Of a DNA stretch of 64,000 nucleotides, positions 43,849 to 54,843 are shown piece after piece. Both the position numbers and the translations under genes were made by a program. The notes beneath the pieces are model-generated. The model was not told where the DNA came from and ran no database searches. It was given only the letters and a program-made list of their open reading frames with translations. Origin of the DNA: Escherichia coli (GTDB lineage Bacteria; Pseudomonadota; Gammaproteobacteria; Enterobacterales; Enterobacteriaceae); the NCBI RefSeq assembly GCF_003018255.1, contig NZ_CP027440.1, one strand, 5' to 3'. Numbering within the stretch: the first letter of the stretch is position 1; every line of letters begins with the position of its first letter.

Positions 43849-44516
43849 CCTGGTCTCGTCGCCAGTTTCTCACCGGCGTCGGCGTGCTGGCAGCCGTCAG
43901 CGGCACCGCAGGGCGCGTGGTGGCGAAAACGTTGAATATCAATGGGGTGCGTTACGGCATGGTGCATGACGAGTCGTTATGCATCGGCTGTACCGCCTGT
44001 ATGGATGCTTGTCGGGAAGTGAACAAGGTGCCGGAAGGCGTCTCGCGCCTGACGATTATTCGTAGCGAGCCGCAGGGCGAATTTCCTGATGTGAAATATC
44101 GCTTCTTCCGTAAGTCTTGCCAGCACTGCGATCATGCGCCGTGCGTTGACGTCTGCCCGACCGGTGCGTCTTTTCGTGATGCCGCTAGCGGGATTGTCGA
44201 TGTTAATCCTGATCTCTGCGTCGGTTGTCAGTACTGCATCGCCGCCTGTCCGTACCGCGTGCGCTTTATCCATCCGGTCACGAAGACGGCGGACAAATGC
44301 GATTTCTGCCGTAAGACCAATTTGCAGGCCGGTAAGCTGCCCGCGTGCGTTGAAGCTTGCCCGACCAAGGCACTGACGTTTGGCAATCTGGACGATCCCA
44401 ACAGTGAGATTTCGCAACTGCTGCGCCAGAAGCCCACTTACCGCTACAAGCTGGCGCTGGGAACCAAACCGAAGCTGTACCGCGTACCGTTTAAATACGG
44501 GGAGGTGAGCCAATGA
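43845..44516 (+). CDS. nrfC: Fe-S subunit NrfC (Tat signal, 4Fe-4S ferredoxin motifs)
   Basis: 223 aa ORF with RRQFL twin-arginine motif and multiple CxxCxxCxxxCP motifs. Confidence 0.93.
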   Translation: MTWSRRQFLTGVGVLAAVSGTAGRVVAKTLNINGVRYGMVHDESLCIGCTACMDACREVNKVPEGVSRLTIIRSEPQGEFPDVKYRFFRKSCQHCDHAPCVDVCPTGASFRDAASGIVDVNPDLCVGCQYCIAACPYRVRFIHPVTKTADKCDFCRKTNLQAGKLPACVEACPTKALTFGNLDDPNSEISQLLRQKPTYRYKLALGTKPKLYRVPFKYGEVSQ

Positions 44517-45469
44517 TGCAGACTTCCGCATTTCATTTTGAATCGCTGGTGTGGGACTGGCCGATTGCCATCTACCTGTTTTTGATTGGTATTTCTGCCG
44601 GTCTGGTGACGCTGGCCGTGCTGTTACGTCGCTTCTACCCGCAGGCGGGCGGTGCAGACAGTACGTTGCTGCGCACCACGCTAATTGTCGGGCCTGGCGC
44701 GGTGATCCTCGGTCTGTTGATCCTCGTCTTCCACCTGACAAAGCCGTGGACCTTCTGGAAGCTGATGTTCCACTACAGTTTTACCTCGGTGATGTCGATG
44801 GGGGTGATGTTGTTTCAGCTCTACATGGTGGTGCTGGTGCTGTGGCTGGCGAAAATCTTTGAACATGATTTGCTTGCCCTGCAACAACGCTGGTTGCCGA
44901 AGCTGGGGATCGTGCAAAAGGTTCTGAGCCTGCTGACGCCCGTTCATCGCGGACTGGAAACATTGATGCTGGTGCTGGCGGTGCTGCTGGGGGCTTATAC
45001 CGGCTTTCTGCTGTCGGCGCTGAAATCGTATCCGTTCCTCAATAACCAGATCCTGCCGGTGCTGTTCCTCTTCTCCGGCATCTCGTCCGGTGCGGCGGTA
45101 GCGCTGATCGCCATGGCGATACGCCAACGCAAAAATCCGCATTCCACGGAAGCGCACTTTGTTCACCGTATGGAAATCCCTGTGGTATGGGGTGAAATCT
45201 TCCTGCTGGTGGCGTTTTTTGTCGGTCTGGCGCTGGGCGATGACGGTAAAGTGCGTGCGCTGGTGGCGGCATTAGGTGGCGGTTTCTGGACGTGGTGGTT
45301 CTGGCTTGGTGTCGCCGGGCTGGGGCTGATTGTGCCAATGTTGCTCAAACCGTGGGTCAATCGCAGTTCCGGCATTCCTACCGTGCTGGCGGCGTGTGGG
45401 GCCAGTCTGGTCGGCGTGTTGATGCTGCGCTTTTTCATTCTCTACGCCGGACAGTTGACGGTGGCGTAA
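44513..45469 (+). CDS. nrfD: membrane quinol dehydrogenase subunit NrfD
   Basis: 318 aa polytopic membrane protein ORF. Confidence 0.93.
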   Translation: MMQTSAFHFESLVWDWPIAIYLFLIGISAGLVTLAVLLRRFYPQAGGADSTLLRTTLIVGPGAVILGLLILVFHLTKPWTFWKLMFHYSFTSVMSMGVMLFQLYMVVLVLWLAKIFEHDLLALQQRWLPKLGIVQKVLSLLTPVHRGLETLMLVLAVLLGAYTGFLLSALKSYPFLNNQILPVLFLFSGISSGAAVALIAMAIRQRKNPHSTEAHFVHRMEIPVVWGEIFLLVAFFVGLALGDDGKVRALVAALGGGFWTWWFWLGVAGLGLIVPMLLKPWVNRSSGIPTVLAACGASLVGVLMLRFFILYAGQLTVA

Positions 45470-45548
45470 GCCAGAAAAGAGGTGGTTTCTGGACGTATTC
45501 CTTCCTGAAGTCGGTTTTCTGGCGTTGTTGTTAAGTCTCGGGGTCAAC

Positions 45549-47207
45549 GTGTTGACCCCGTTGACGGCCTTCGCGGGAGTGCGGTTGCGCTGGCCTGCCA
45601 TGATGCGACTCACTTGCATCGGCATTCTGGCGCAGTTCGCGCTCCTGCTGCTCGCCTTTGGCGTACTGACGTATTGTTTTCTCATCAGCGATTTCTCGGT
45701 CATTTATGTCGCCCAACATAGCTACAGCCTGCTGTCGTGGGAACTCAAACTGGCGGCGGTGTGGGGCGGTCATGAAGGTTCGCTGCTGCTTTGGGTGCTG
45801 CTGCTTTCCGCCTGGAGCGCGCTGTTTGCCTGGCATTATCGGCAGCAAACCGATCCGCTATTTCCGCTAACGCTAGCCGTTTTATCTCTCATGCTCGCCG
45901 CACTGCTACTGTTTGTAGTGCTGTGGTCCGATCCCTTCGTGCGGATATTTCCACCAGCAATCGAAGGCCGCGATCTCAATCCGATGCTGCAACATCCCGG
46001 TCTTATCTTTCATCCACCGCTGCTTTACCTTGGCTATGGCGGTTTGATGGTGGCGGCGAGCGTGGCGCTGGCGAGTTTACTGCGCGGCGAGTTTGATGGT
46101 GCCTGCGCCCGAATTTGCTGGCGCTGGGCGTTACCTGGCTGGAGTGCATTAACGGCTGGGATCATCCTCGGTTCCTGGTGGGCCTATTGCGAACTGGGCT
46201 GGGGCGGCTGGTGGTTCTGGGATCCGGTGGAAAACGCCTCTTTATTACCCTGGCTTTCTGCCACTGCGCTGCTGCACAGTTTGTCCCTGACACGCCAGCG
46301 GGGGATTTTCCGCCACTGGTCGCTGCTGCTGGCGATAGTTACTCTGATGCTGTCGCTGCTGGGCACCTTAATTGTCCGTTCTGGCATTCTGGTTTCGGTT
46401 CATGCGTTCGCACTGGATAACGTCCGCGCCGTGCCGTTGTTCAGCCTGTTTGCACTGATTAGCCTTGCGTCTCTGGCTCTGTATGGCTGGCGAGCGCGGG
46501 ACGGTGGCCCGGCGGTGCGTTTTTCGGGGTTATCGCGGGAAATGTTAATCCTCGCTACGCTGTTGCTGTTTTGCGCAGTGCTACTGATCGTGCTGGTGGG
46601 AACGCTTTATCCGATGATTTACGGTCTGCTGGGCTGGGGACGCCTCTCCGTTGGCGCGCCGTATTTTAACCGCGCGACGTTACCGTTTGGTCTGTTGATG
46701 CTGGTGGTGATTGTGCTGGCGACGTTTGTCTCTGGCAAACGCGTGCAGCTTCCGGCGCTGGTAGCTCATGCTGGCGTGCTGTTATTTGCCGCGGGGATCG
46801 TGGTTTCCAGCGTCAGTCGTCAGGAGATCAGCCTGAATTTACAGCCGGGTCAGCAGGTGACGCTGGCAGGATACACCTTCCGTTTTGAGCGACTCGATCT
46901 GCAAGCCAGAGGCAATTACACCAGCGAAAAAGCGATAGTGGCGCTGTTTGACCATCAGCAACGCATTGGTGAACTGACGCCGGAGCGGCGTTTTTATGAA
47001 GCACGCCGTCAGCAAATGATGGAACCGTCAATTCGCTGGAACGGCATCCATGACTGGTATGCGGTCATGGGCGAGAAAACCGGAGCGGATCGTTACGCTT
47101 TTCGTTTGTATGTACAAAGCGGTGTGCGCTGGATCTGGGGGGGAGGATTGTTGATGATTGCGGGCGCATTGTTAAGCGGATGGCGGGGGAGGAAGCGCGA
47201 TGAATAA
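45549..47207 (+). CDS. nrfE: haem lyase NrfE (CcmF-like); start uncertain, longest ORF begins at TTG 45525
   Basis: ORF track 560 aa; GTG at 45549 would give the 552 aa I recall for NrfE. Confidence 0.85.
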   Translation: MLTPLTAFAGVRLRWPAMMRLTCIGILAQFALLLLAFGVLTYCFLISDFSVIYVAQHSYSLLSWELKLAAVWGGHEGSLLLWVLLLSAWSALFAWHYRQQTDPLFPLTLAVLSLMLAALLLFVVLWSDPFVRIFPPAIEGRDLNPMLQHPGLIFHPPLLYLGYGGLMVAASVALASLLRGEFDGACARICWRWALPGWSALTAGIILGSWWAYCELGWGGWWFWDPVENASLLPWLSATALLHSLSLTRQRGIFRHWSLLLAIVTLMLSLLGTLIVRSGILVSVHAFALDNVRAVPLFSLFALISLASLALYGWRARDGGPAVRFSGLSREMLILATLLLFCAVLLIVLVGTLYPMIYGLLGWGRLSVGAPYFNRATLPFGLLMLVVIVLATFVSGKRVQLPALVAHAGVLLFAAGIVVSSVSRQEISLNLQPGQQVTLAGYTFRFERLDLQARGNYTSEKAIVALFDHQQRIGELTPERRFYEARRQQMMEPSIRWNGIHDWYAVMGEKTGADRYAFRLYVQSGVRWIWGGGLLMIAGALLSGWRGRKRDE

Positions 47208-47583
47208 AGGACTTCTCACGCTACTGCTGTTATTTACCTGTTTTGCGCGCGCTCAGGTCGTAGACACCTGGCAATTCGCCAATCCGCAACAACAGCAACA
47301 GGCGTTAAATATTGCCAGCCAGTTACGTTGTCCGCAGTGCCAGAATCAAAACTTACTGGAATCCAACGCGCCGGTGGCGGTCAGTATGCGCCATCAGGTT
47401 TACAGCATGGTGGCGGAGGGGAAGAACGAAGCTGAAATCATCGGCTGGATGACCGAACGCTACGGAGATTTTGTTCGCTATAACCCACCGTTAACGGGCC
47501 AGACGCTGGTGTTGTGGGCGCTGCCAGTGGTGTTGTTACTGCTGATGGCACTGATCCTCTGGCGAGTGAGGGCGAAGCGATGA
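47200..47583 (+). CDS. nrfF: NrfF (CcmH-like thiol:disulfide oxidoreductase, CPQC motif)
   Basis: 127 aa ORF overlapping nrfE stop. Confidence 0.88.
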   Translation: MNKGLLTLLLLFTCFARAQVVDTWQFANPQQQQQALNIASQLRCPQCQNQNLLESNAPVAVSMRHQVYSMVAEGKNEAEIIGWMTERYGDFVRYNPPLTGQTLVLWALPVVLLLLMALILWRVRAKR

Positions 47584-48176
47584 AACAGTCACAAATACCG
47601 GTGAAAATGCTGACAACACTCACGATTTTGATGGCATTTCTCTGTATCGGCAGTTATCTGTTAAGCCCAAAATGGCAGGCGGTACGTGCGGAGTATCAGC
47701 GTCAGCGCGATCCGCTGCATCAGTTTGCCAGCCAGCAAACCCCAGAAGCGCAGCTTCAGGCATTGCAGGATAAAATCCGCGCTAATCCACAAAACAGCGA
47801 ACAGTGGGCGTTACTGGGCGAGTACTATCTGTGGCAAAATGATTACAGCAATTCGCTGCTGGCGTACCGTCAGGCGTTGCAACTACGTGGTGAGAACGCT
47901 GAACTGTATGCGGCGCTGGCGACGGTGCTTTATTACCAGGCCAGCCAGCATATGACCGCCCAGACACGCGCAATGATCGATAAAGCCCTCGCGCTGGACT
48001 CTAACGAAATCACCGCTCTGATGCTGCTGGCTTCCGATGCGTTTATGCAGGCGAATTACGCGCAGGCCATCGAACTATGGCAAAAAGTGATGGATCTCAA
48101 CTCACCCCGGATCAACCGGACACAGCTGGTCGAGTCGATTAATATGGCGAAATTGTTGCAGCGGAGATCAGATTAA
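47580..48176 (+). CDS. nrfG: NrfG (TPR protein)
   Basis: ORF track 220 aa; ATG at 47580 ([10 protein letters not shown]) gives known 198 aa; 4-bp overlap with nrfF. Confidence 0.88.
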   Translation: MKQSQIPVKMLTTLTILMAFLCIGSYLLSPKWQAVRAEYQRQRDPLHQFASQQTPEAQLQALQDKIRANPQNSEQWALLGEYYLWQNDYSNSLLAYRQALQLRGENAELYAALATVLYYQASQHMTAQTRAMIDKALALDSNEITALMLLASDAFMQANYAQAIELWQKVMDLNSPRINRTQLVESINMAKLLQRRSD

Positions 48177-48517
48177 TCATCTGGTGATGAAGATTATGTT
48201 ATTGAGCTGCATAAAAAATAATCGAATGAACATATGCCAAAAATAATCACCAATCAGTATTATTGCAGATTAAACAAATAAAAATCTTTCCATAACAAAT
48301 GGTTATTCATTAATCCTGCCATAAACTCGCGTTATTATGCATTAATGCAGCGAAAAGCTCTGTTGTTAAAGGGTTGCGCAACATACCGCGCAAATGATAC
48401 TGATCATAAGCGTTAAAAAAATCTACAAACCAACGCAACACAATTCATGCCCTGGCAGTATGTCACGTTCTCGCGTTTCTGAACGGGGAACGGCGCTCCA
48501 TTGAGGAAGTTATTCTG

Positions 48518-49831
48518 ATGAAAAATATAAAATTCAGCCTGGCCTGGCAGATTCTGTTTGCTATGGTGCTGGGCATTCTCCTGGGAAGCTACCTGCACTA
48601 CCATAGCGACAGCCGCGACTGGCTGGTCGTCAATTTGCTCTCTCCGGCGGGTGATATCTTCATCCATCTGATCAAAATGATTGTTGTGCCGATTGTGATC
48701 TCCACGCTGGTGGTGGGTATCGCGGGTGTTGGTGATGCCAAACAGCTCGGGCGTATTGGCGCGAAAACCATTATTTACTTCGAGGTGATCACCACCGTCG
48801 CCATCATTTTGGGGATCACTCTGGCGAACGTCTTCCAGCCCGGTGCCGGGGTGGATATGTCGCAGCTGGCGACCGTCGATATCTCGAAATATCAGAGCAC
48901 TACGGAAGCGGTACAAAGCAGTTCCCACGGCATTATGGGCACGATTTTGTCGCTGGTGCCGACGAACATTGTGGCGTCGATGGCGAAAGGCGAAATGCTG
49001 CCGATCATCTTCTTCTCGGTGCTGTTTGGTCTGGGGCTTTCATCCCTGCCCGCGACGCATCGTGAACCGCTGGTGACCGTTTTCCGCTCCATCTCTGAAA
49101 CCATGTTTAAAGTGACTCACATGGTGATGCGTTATGCGCCGGTGGGTGTGTTTGCGCTGATTGCGGTGACGGTGGCTAACTTTGGTTTCTCGTCTCTGTG
49201 GCCACTGGCGAAACTGGTGCTGCTGGTGCATTTCGCCATTCTGTTCTTCGCGCTGGTAGTGCTGGGAATTGTGGCGCGCCTGTGCGGGTTAAGCGTCTGG
49301 ATCCTGATTCGTATTCTGAAAGATGAGCTGATTCTGGCGTACTCCACTGCCAGCTCTGAAAGCGTGCTGCCGCGAATTATTGAGAAGATGGAAGCCTACG
49401 GAGCACCGGCGTCGATCACCAGTTTCGTGGTGCCGACCGGTTACTCTTTTAACCTTGATGGTTCGACGCTGTATCAAAGTATTGCCGCTATTTTCATCGC
49501 GCAGTTGTATGGCATTGACCTGTCCATCTGGCAGGAAATCATTCTGGTGCTGACGCTGATGGTGACCTCGAAAGGGATTGCTGGCGTGCCGGGCGTGTCG
49601 TTTGTGGTGTTGCTGGCAACGCTGGGTAGCGTAGGTATTCCGCTGGAAGGTCTGGCGTTTATTGCCGGTGTTGACCGTATCCTCGACATGGCGCGTACTG
49701 CGCTGAACGTGGTGGGTAATGCGCTGGCGGTGCTGGTGATTGCCAAGTGGGAACACAAATTTGACCGTAAGAAAGCGCTGGCTTATGAGCGCGAAGTGCT
49801 GGGCAAATTTGATAAAACTGCGGATCAATAA
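48518..49831 (+). CDS. gltP: proton/glutamate-aspartate symporter GltP
   Basis: 437 aa ORF recognised as GltP. Confidence 0.93.
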   Translation: MKNIKFSLAWQILFAMVLGILLGSYLHYHSDSRDWLVVNLLSPAGDIFIHLIKMIVVPIVISTLVVGIAGVGDAKQLGRIGAKTIIYFEVITTVAIILGITLANVFQPGAGVDMSQLATVDISKYQSTTEAVQSSSHGIMGTILSLVPTNIVASMAKGEMLPIIFFSVLFGLGLSSLPATHREPLVTVFRSISETMFKVTHMVMRYAPVGVFALIAVTVANFGFSSLWPLAKLVLLVHFAILFFALVVLGIVARLCGLSVWILIRILKDELILAYSTASSESVLPRIIEKMEAYGAPASITSFVVPTGYSFNLDGSTLYQSIAAIFIAQLYGIDLSIWQEIILVLTLMVTSKGIAGVPGVSFVVLLATLGSVGIPLEGLAFIAGVDRILDMARTALNVVGNALAVLVIAKWEHKFDRKKALAYEREVLGKFDKTADQ

Positions 49832-49840
49832 TTGAAGATT

Positions 49841-50240
49841 GCCGGGGATATCCACCCGGCAATATGTGGATGCCTGATGCGACGCTTACCGCGTCTTATC
49901 AGGCCTACGCCAGACTGCGCAATAGCTTGATTTAGGGTGATTTTGTAGGTCGGATAAGGCGTTTACGCCGCATCCGACATCAATATCTGATGCGACGCTT
50001 GCCGCGTCTTATCAGGCCTACGCCAGACTGCGCAATAGCTTGATTTAGGGTGATTTTGTAGGTCGGATAAGGCGTTTACGCCGCATCCGACATCAATATC
50101 TGATGCGACGCTTACCGCGTCTTATCAGGCCTACGCCAGACTGCGCAATAGCCTGATTTAGCGTGATTTTGTAGGTCGGATAAGGCGTTTACGCCGCATC
50201 CGACATCAATGCCTGATGCGACGCTTACCGCGTCTTATCA
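49841..50240. repeat. BIME array: about 3.5 tandem 113-bp units of paired REP elements between gltP and yjcO
   Basis: TGATGCGACGCTT recurs at 49875, 49988, 50101, 50214. Confidence 0.92.
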
Positions 50241-50248
50241 GGCCTACC

Positions 50249-50938
50249 TTAACCGTTAGTTAATTTTTCAAACTCTTCACACCCGGTATCAAACCCTTCC
50301 ATACAGCTCAGATTTAACCAGTGCAGCGCCTTTTGTTTGTTCTTCTCGATAAAACCTTCTTCACCGTTTAAGAACATCATTCCCGCCCAGTACTCGGAAT
50401 AACCGGTTCGGGAAATCGCAGAGCTGCGTTTGAAATACCAGGTTGCCTTGTCATCGTCGGCCTTAATGCCCACGCCGTTGGCGTAAATCAAACCAAGCAG
50501 CATTTGGGCATCGACGGCAGAGTCGTTCTCCAGATCTTCCGAGGCGTTTTCTAACAGCGAAATTGCCTTTGGATAATCCGGTTTACCCGCTTGCGTATTT
50601 ACCAGAATATGCGCCAGCGTTACTTCACCTTCTTTACTGCCCGCTTGCGCCGCTTTCTCTGCAAGAACTTTTGCTTGTGGATAGTCCAGACTGACCGGAT
50701 TGGTGATTTTGATCTGCGCTAACAGCGCGCAGGCATCAGCATCACCGCTGTCGGCGGCTTTCTGTGCCCAATATTCGGCTTTGCTCAAATCGCCGGAGCT
50801 AAACCAGCTGTCGGCAAGAAAATATTGTGCGCGTCGGTCCCCTGCCTCTGCTGCCTTTAAATACTGGCTGCCAGGCTCGGAGTCGTTCGCGTGGGCAAAG
50901 AATGTCAAAAACAACATCAATGCGATAATTTTTTTCAT
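50249..50938 (-). CDS. yjcO: Sel1-repeat periplasmic protein YjcO
   Basis: 229 aa ORF with signal peptide. Confidence 0.85.
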   Translation of the reverse strand: MKKIIALMLFLTFFAHANDSEPGSQYLKAAEAGDRRAQYFLADSWFSSGDLSKAEYWAQKAADSGDADACALLAQIKITNPVSLDYPQAKVLAEKAAQAGSKEGEVTLAHILVNTQAGKPDYPKAISLLENASEDLENDSAVDAQMLLGLIYANGVGIKADDDKATWYFKRSSAISRTGYSEYWAGMMFLNGEEGFIEKNKQKALHWLNLSCMEGFDTGCEEFEKLTNG

Positions 50939-50989
50939 TTTGATAATACGATTGGGTAGGGAGTAACCAGTATAAAGAGTTCGAATGGA

Positions 50990-51018
50990 TAAAAAAACAG
51001 CCTCCGAAAGGAGGCTGT
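50990..51018 (-). terminator. intrinsic terminator after fdhF (ACAGCCTCC-GAAA-GGAGGCTGT then T-run on minus strand)
   Basis: Perfect inverted repeat preceded by A7 on plus strand. Confidence 0.8.
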
Positions 51019-51031
51019 AGAAAGGACTGTA

Positions 51032-53179
51032 TTACGCCAGTGCCGCTTCGCGCAGGCGAGTTTTCAACTTGTTGTACTCGTCAATCACGTACTGCTCGGC
51101 GGCGCGCTGATCGGCGATCGGCTCGACGCGCACGGCGCAGTATTTGTATTCCGGCGTTTTCGTAATCGGGCTTAAGTTTTCGGTCACCAGCTCGTTACAG
51201 GCACCAATCCACCACTGGTAGGTCATGTAAATCGCCCCTTTGTTCGGACGATCGCTGACCTGCGCACGGGTGATAATTTTGCCTTTACGCGAGTGCACCC
51301 AAACCAATGCCTCATCTTCAATACCCAGACGTTTGGCGTCTTCGGTATTGATTTGTGCGTAGCCAGGTTCATCAGCCAGCGCCGCCAGTGCCGCACAGTT
51401 ACCGGTCATCGAACGGCAAGAGTAGTGACCAACTTCACGCACCGTTGACAGTACCATCGGGTATTCGTCGGTGAGTTTGTCGATTGGCGCTACCCAGTCG
51501 CAGGTGAAGAACTGCGCCAGACCGTTCGGGGTATCAAACTTCTCTTTAAACAGATAAGAAGTCCCCTGATCGGCATCTGAAGTATCGCGGCAAGGCCACT
51601 GAATGAAGCCCAGTTCGCCCATTTTCTCGTAAGTCGCACCGTAGAAATCCGGGCACAGATGACGCAACTCGTCCCAGATCTCCTGGGTGTTGTTGTAGTG
51701 CATCGGATAACCCATACGAGTGGCAATTTCACTGATGATTTGCCAGTCCGTTTTCAGATCCCACTTCGGCTCAACCGCCTTGAAGAAACGCTGGAAGCCA
51801 CGGTCAGCCGCAGTAAACACGCCTTCATGCTCGCCCCACGACGTTGACGGTAAAATGACATCCGCCGCCGACGCGGTTTTGGTCATAAAGATGTCCTGAA
51901 CGATAACCAGTTCCAGATCTTCAAAGGCTTTACGTACTGCCGACAGTTCCGCGTCAGTTTGCAGCGGATCTTCGCCCATAATGTACGCCGCTCTCACTTC
52001 ACCATGCGCCACGCGGTGCGGCAGCTCGCTGATGCGATAGCCGGTATGAGCAGGCAGGCTTTCCACGCCCCAGGCTTTGGCGAATTTCTCGCGGTTAGCC
52101 GGATCTTTCACGTACTGATAGCCCGGATACGTATCCGGCAGCGCGCCCATATCGCAGGCACCCTGCACGTTGTTCTGACCACGAACCGGGTTTACACCCG
52201 CATGTGGCTTACCGAGGTTACCGGTCAGCATCGCGAGGCTGGTCAGAGAACGCACGGTTTCCACGCCCTGATAGAACTGGGTTACCCCCATGCCCCACAG
52301 GATGGCGGCGCTTTCTGCCTGGGCATACATCCGCGCCGCCTGACGAATCTCACTGGCGCTGACGCCGGTGATATCTTCAACCGACTCCGGCGTGTAGCCT
52401 TCAACGATTTTACGATACTCTTCAAAGCCTTCTGTACGGGAAGCGACGAACGCTTTGTCGTACAGATTTTCTTCAATAATGACATGGCCCATCGCATTCA
52501 ACAGCGCGATGTTCGAGCCGTTTTTCAATGCAATGTGCATGTCAGCAATGCGCGCGGTTTCAATTTTACGCGGATCGCAGACGATAATTTTCGCCCCGTT
52601 ACGTTTAGCGTTAATTACGTGATTCGCCACGATTGGGTGGGAATCCGCCGGGTTATACCCGAAAACGAACACTAAATCGGTATTATCAATTTCGTTAATA
52701 GCATTGCTCATTGCGCCATTACCGACCGATTGGTGCAGACCTGCAACCGATGGGCCGTGTCAGACACGAGCGCAGCAGTCAACGTTATTGGTACCAATAA
52801 CGGCGCGCGCAAATTTTTGCATTACATAGTTGGTTTCGTTACCCGTACCGCGCGAGGAGCCGGTCGTCTGGATGGCATCCGGACCGTACTTCTCTTTGAT
52901 GGCGCTCAGGCGCTCGGCAACGTAATTCAGTGCCTCATCCCAGGAAACAGGTTCGAGTTTGCCGCCACGCTGGCGACGGATCATGGGGGTTTTCAGGCGC
53001 GGGGTCAGGATCTGGGTATCGTTAATGAAGTCCCAGCCATAATAACCCTTCAGACACAGGGTACCCTGGTTGGTTTTCCCCTGCGCTGCCTCCGCCCGGA
53101 CGATTTTGCCGTTATCGACGACCAGGTTGATTTTGCAACCTGATGCGCAATAGGGGCAAACCGTGACGACTTTTTTCAT
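51032..53179 (-). CDS. fdhF: formate dehydrogenase H (selenoprotein; in-frame UGA at 52760-52762 decoded as selenocysteine, codon 140)
   Basis: ORF track splits gene into 139 aa (52760..53179) and 559 aa (51032..52711) pieces in the same frame; combined 715 codons matches FdhF. Confidence 0.93.
52715..52759 (-). other. SECIS stem-loop directly 3' of the fdhF UGA codon (mRNA: CACGGCCCAUCGGUUGCAGGUCUGCACCAAUCGGUCGG)
   Basis: Sequence read on minus strand matches the bacterial fdhF SECIS hairpin as I recall it. Confidence 0.85.
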
Positions 53180-53229
53180 CGGTCTCGCTCCAGTTAATCA
53201 AATCACGCATACGCGCTCTCGACTACAGT

Positions 53230-53246
53230 ATGCATCTTTTATGCCA
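53230..53246 (-). promoter_or_regulatory. sigma-54 promoter of fdhF (TGGCATAAAAGATGCAT on minus strand)
   Basis: GG-N10-GC element about 50 bp upstream of fdhF start. Confidence 0.85.
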
Positions 53247-53376
53247 CATTTTATTTGGGGTCATTCCCTGATATTACGGGCACTATTTATTCAAAACTCT
53301 GACGAAAAACAGGCTGTCGTCAGTTTTGACGTGACGAAACGAAATACCGCGTGACAGCCATCACGCGGTAGACATT

Positions 53377-54843
53377 TTATTTTTTCTCGACGATGGGAGC
53401 TGCCTGATACCCGCCGCCCAGCGATTTCATCAACTGAATGCTTTGGATCACCCGGCGGCTGTCCAGCATCAGTAATGACATCTCTTCGGCAAGCACTGGC
53501 AACCGGGCTTCGGTGGCCTGTAAGCGGCTGGTTAAGCCGCGCTGATAGGCGGCCTCGGCTGCGCGCTGGGCGAAGCGCGTTGCTTCCACGCGTTCCGCCT
53601 GCATCTCTCGCTCGTCGTTGAGGGTTTGCAGACGTGTGCCGTTGACGGCAATGTCACGCACCGCGTTCAATACTGACTGGTTGTAACGTTCAATCATCAT
53701 GTTGCTGGCGGTGCGAGTGCCTTCGAGATTGGCATTCAACCGTCCACCGTCAAACAGCGGCAATTTCAGACCCGGGATGAAGTTGAACTGGCGACTGGTT
53801 TTTTTGAATAAGGTATCCAGGTGGATGGAGTCCAGACCGAAAAACGCTTTGATATCAAAGCTCGGGTAGAACAGCGCCCGCGCGGAATCCACCTGATCTA
53901 ATGACGCCTGAACATACCAGCGCATGGCTTGCAGATCCGGGCGTCTGGCGAGCAACTCATAAGAGAGCGTTGCCGGAATGCCGGTCTGTACTCGTGGTAA
54001 TGCCACCGGTTTGATCTCCGGCATATCGCTGGCTCCCGCGCCAATCAATGCACGCAGAGATTCTCGCGTTTCAGTGATTTGCCCTTTGACGGCAGCAATT
54101 TGTTTATCGACCGCCAGAATCTGTGCCCGCGCGCCGTGGAAAGGCACTTGCGCTTCCAGACCGTGCGCCACTTTACTCTGGTGCGCTTTCACCGCGTAAT
54201 CAATCACATCGCGAGTTTGTTCTAACAGATCGAGCATCTGATAGCTGGCCTGCATACTGTAATAAAGCTGCGCTACGCCCGTGGTCAGCGATAGCTCTAC
54301 TGCTGCGGTTTCTGCCAGCGCGGCATTATGCGCGCCAATGGCGGCAGCAACCGCTGAGCGATGCACACCCCACAAATCGAGATCCAGTCCGGCAAACAAA
54401 CCGACTGTGGCTTCCGTATAGTACGGCCCGTCCATACCCAGTGCTGGCGCATCCATCGCATAAGGGCTTAAAAAGCCGTTCGCCGAGACGCGTTGGCGGT
54501 TGAGCATCCCTAACGCTGCGACCTGTAATTGTGAACCGGCATCTAACAAATCGGCCTGGGACTGCGCTTTTTCTTCCCGCAGTTTCGCTTCGGCGAGGGT
54601 GTGTGAACCACTTAGCGTCCGTTGGATCAGCGCATCCAGCTGCGGGTCATTGAGTTGTTTCCACCACTGCGCCTGCGGCCAGCCGGAGCTGGCAAGATGA
54701 ATATCATCGGCCAGTTTGATTTGTTCCGGTTTGAGCTGTTGATGAGGCGCAGAATCCTTACGTACCAGGGCACAGCCGGAAATCAGCGTCGTGCTGCCGA
54801 GAATGCTGCACAACAGCAGGCGTGAAAGTTGACGATTGATCAT
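53377..54843 (-). CDS. mdtP: outer membrane efflux factor MdtP
   Basis: 488 aa ORF with lipoprotein signal (LISGCAL). Confidence 0.9.
   Translation of the reverse strand: MINRQLSRLLLCSILGSTTLISGCALVRKDSAPHQQLKPEQIKLADDIHLASSGWPQAQWWKQLNDPQLDALIQRTLSGSHTLAEAKLREEKAQSQADLLDAGSQLQVAALGMLNRQRVSANGFLSPYAMDAPALGMDGPYYTEATVGLFAGLDLDLWGVHRSAVAAAIGAHNAALAETAAVELSLTTGVAQLYYSMQASYQMLDLLEQTRDVIDYAVKAHQSKVAHGLEAQVPFHGARAQILAVDKQIAAVKGQITETRESLRALIGAGASDMPEIKPVALPRVQTGIPATLSYELLARRPDLQAMRWYVQASLDQVDSARALFYPSFDIKAFFGLDSIHLDTLFKKTSRQFNFIPGLKLPLFDGGRLNANLEGTRTASNMMIERYNQSVLNAVRDIAVNGTRLQTLNDEREMQAERVEATRFAQRAAEAAYQRGLTSRLQATEARLPVLAEEMSLLMLDSRRVIQSIQLMKSLGGGYQAAPIVEKK

Noticed and set aside
49841-50240. Regular repeat array considered as a possible CRISPR
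   Set aside because: Units are 113 bp with near-identical intervening sequence, no unique spacers, and classic REP palindromes; no cas genes nearby
51032-53179. fdhF appearing as two ORFs, possible pseudogene
   Set aside because: The interruption is a single in-frame TGA followed by a SECIS hairpin, which is the selenocysteine codon
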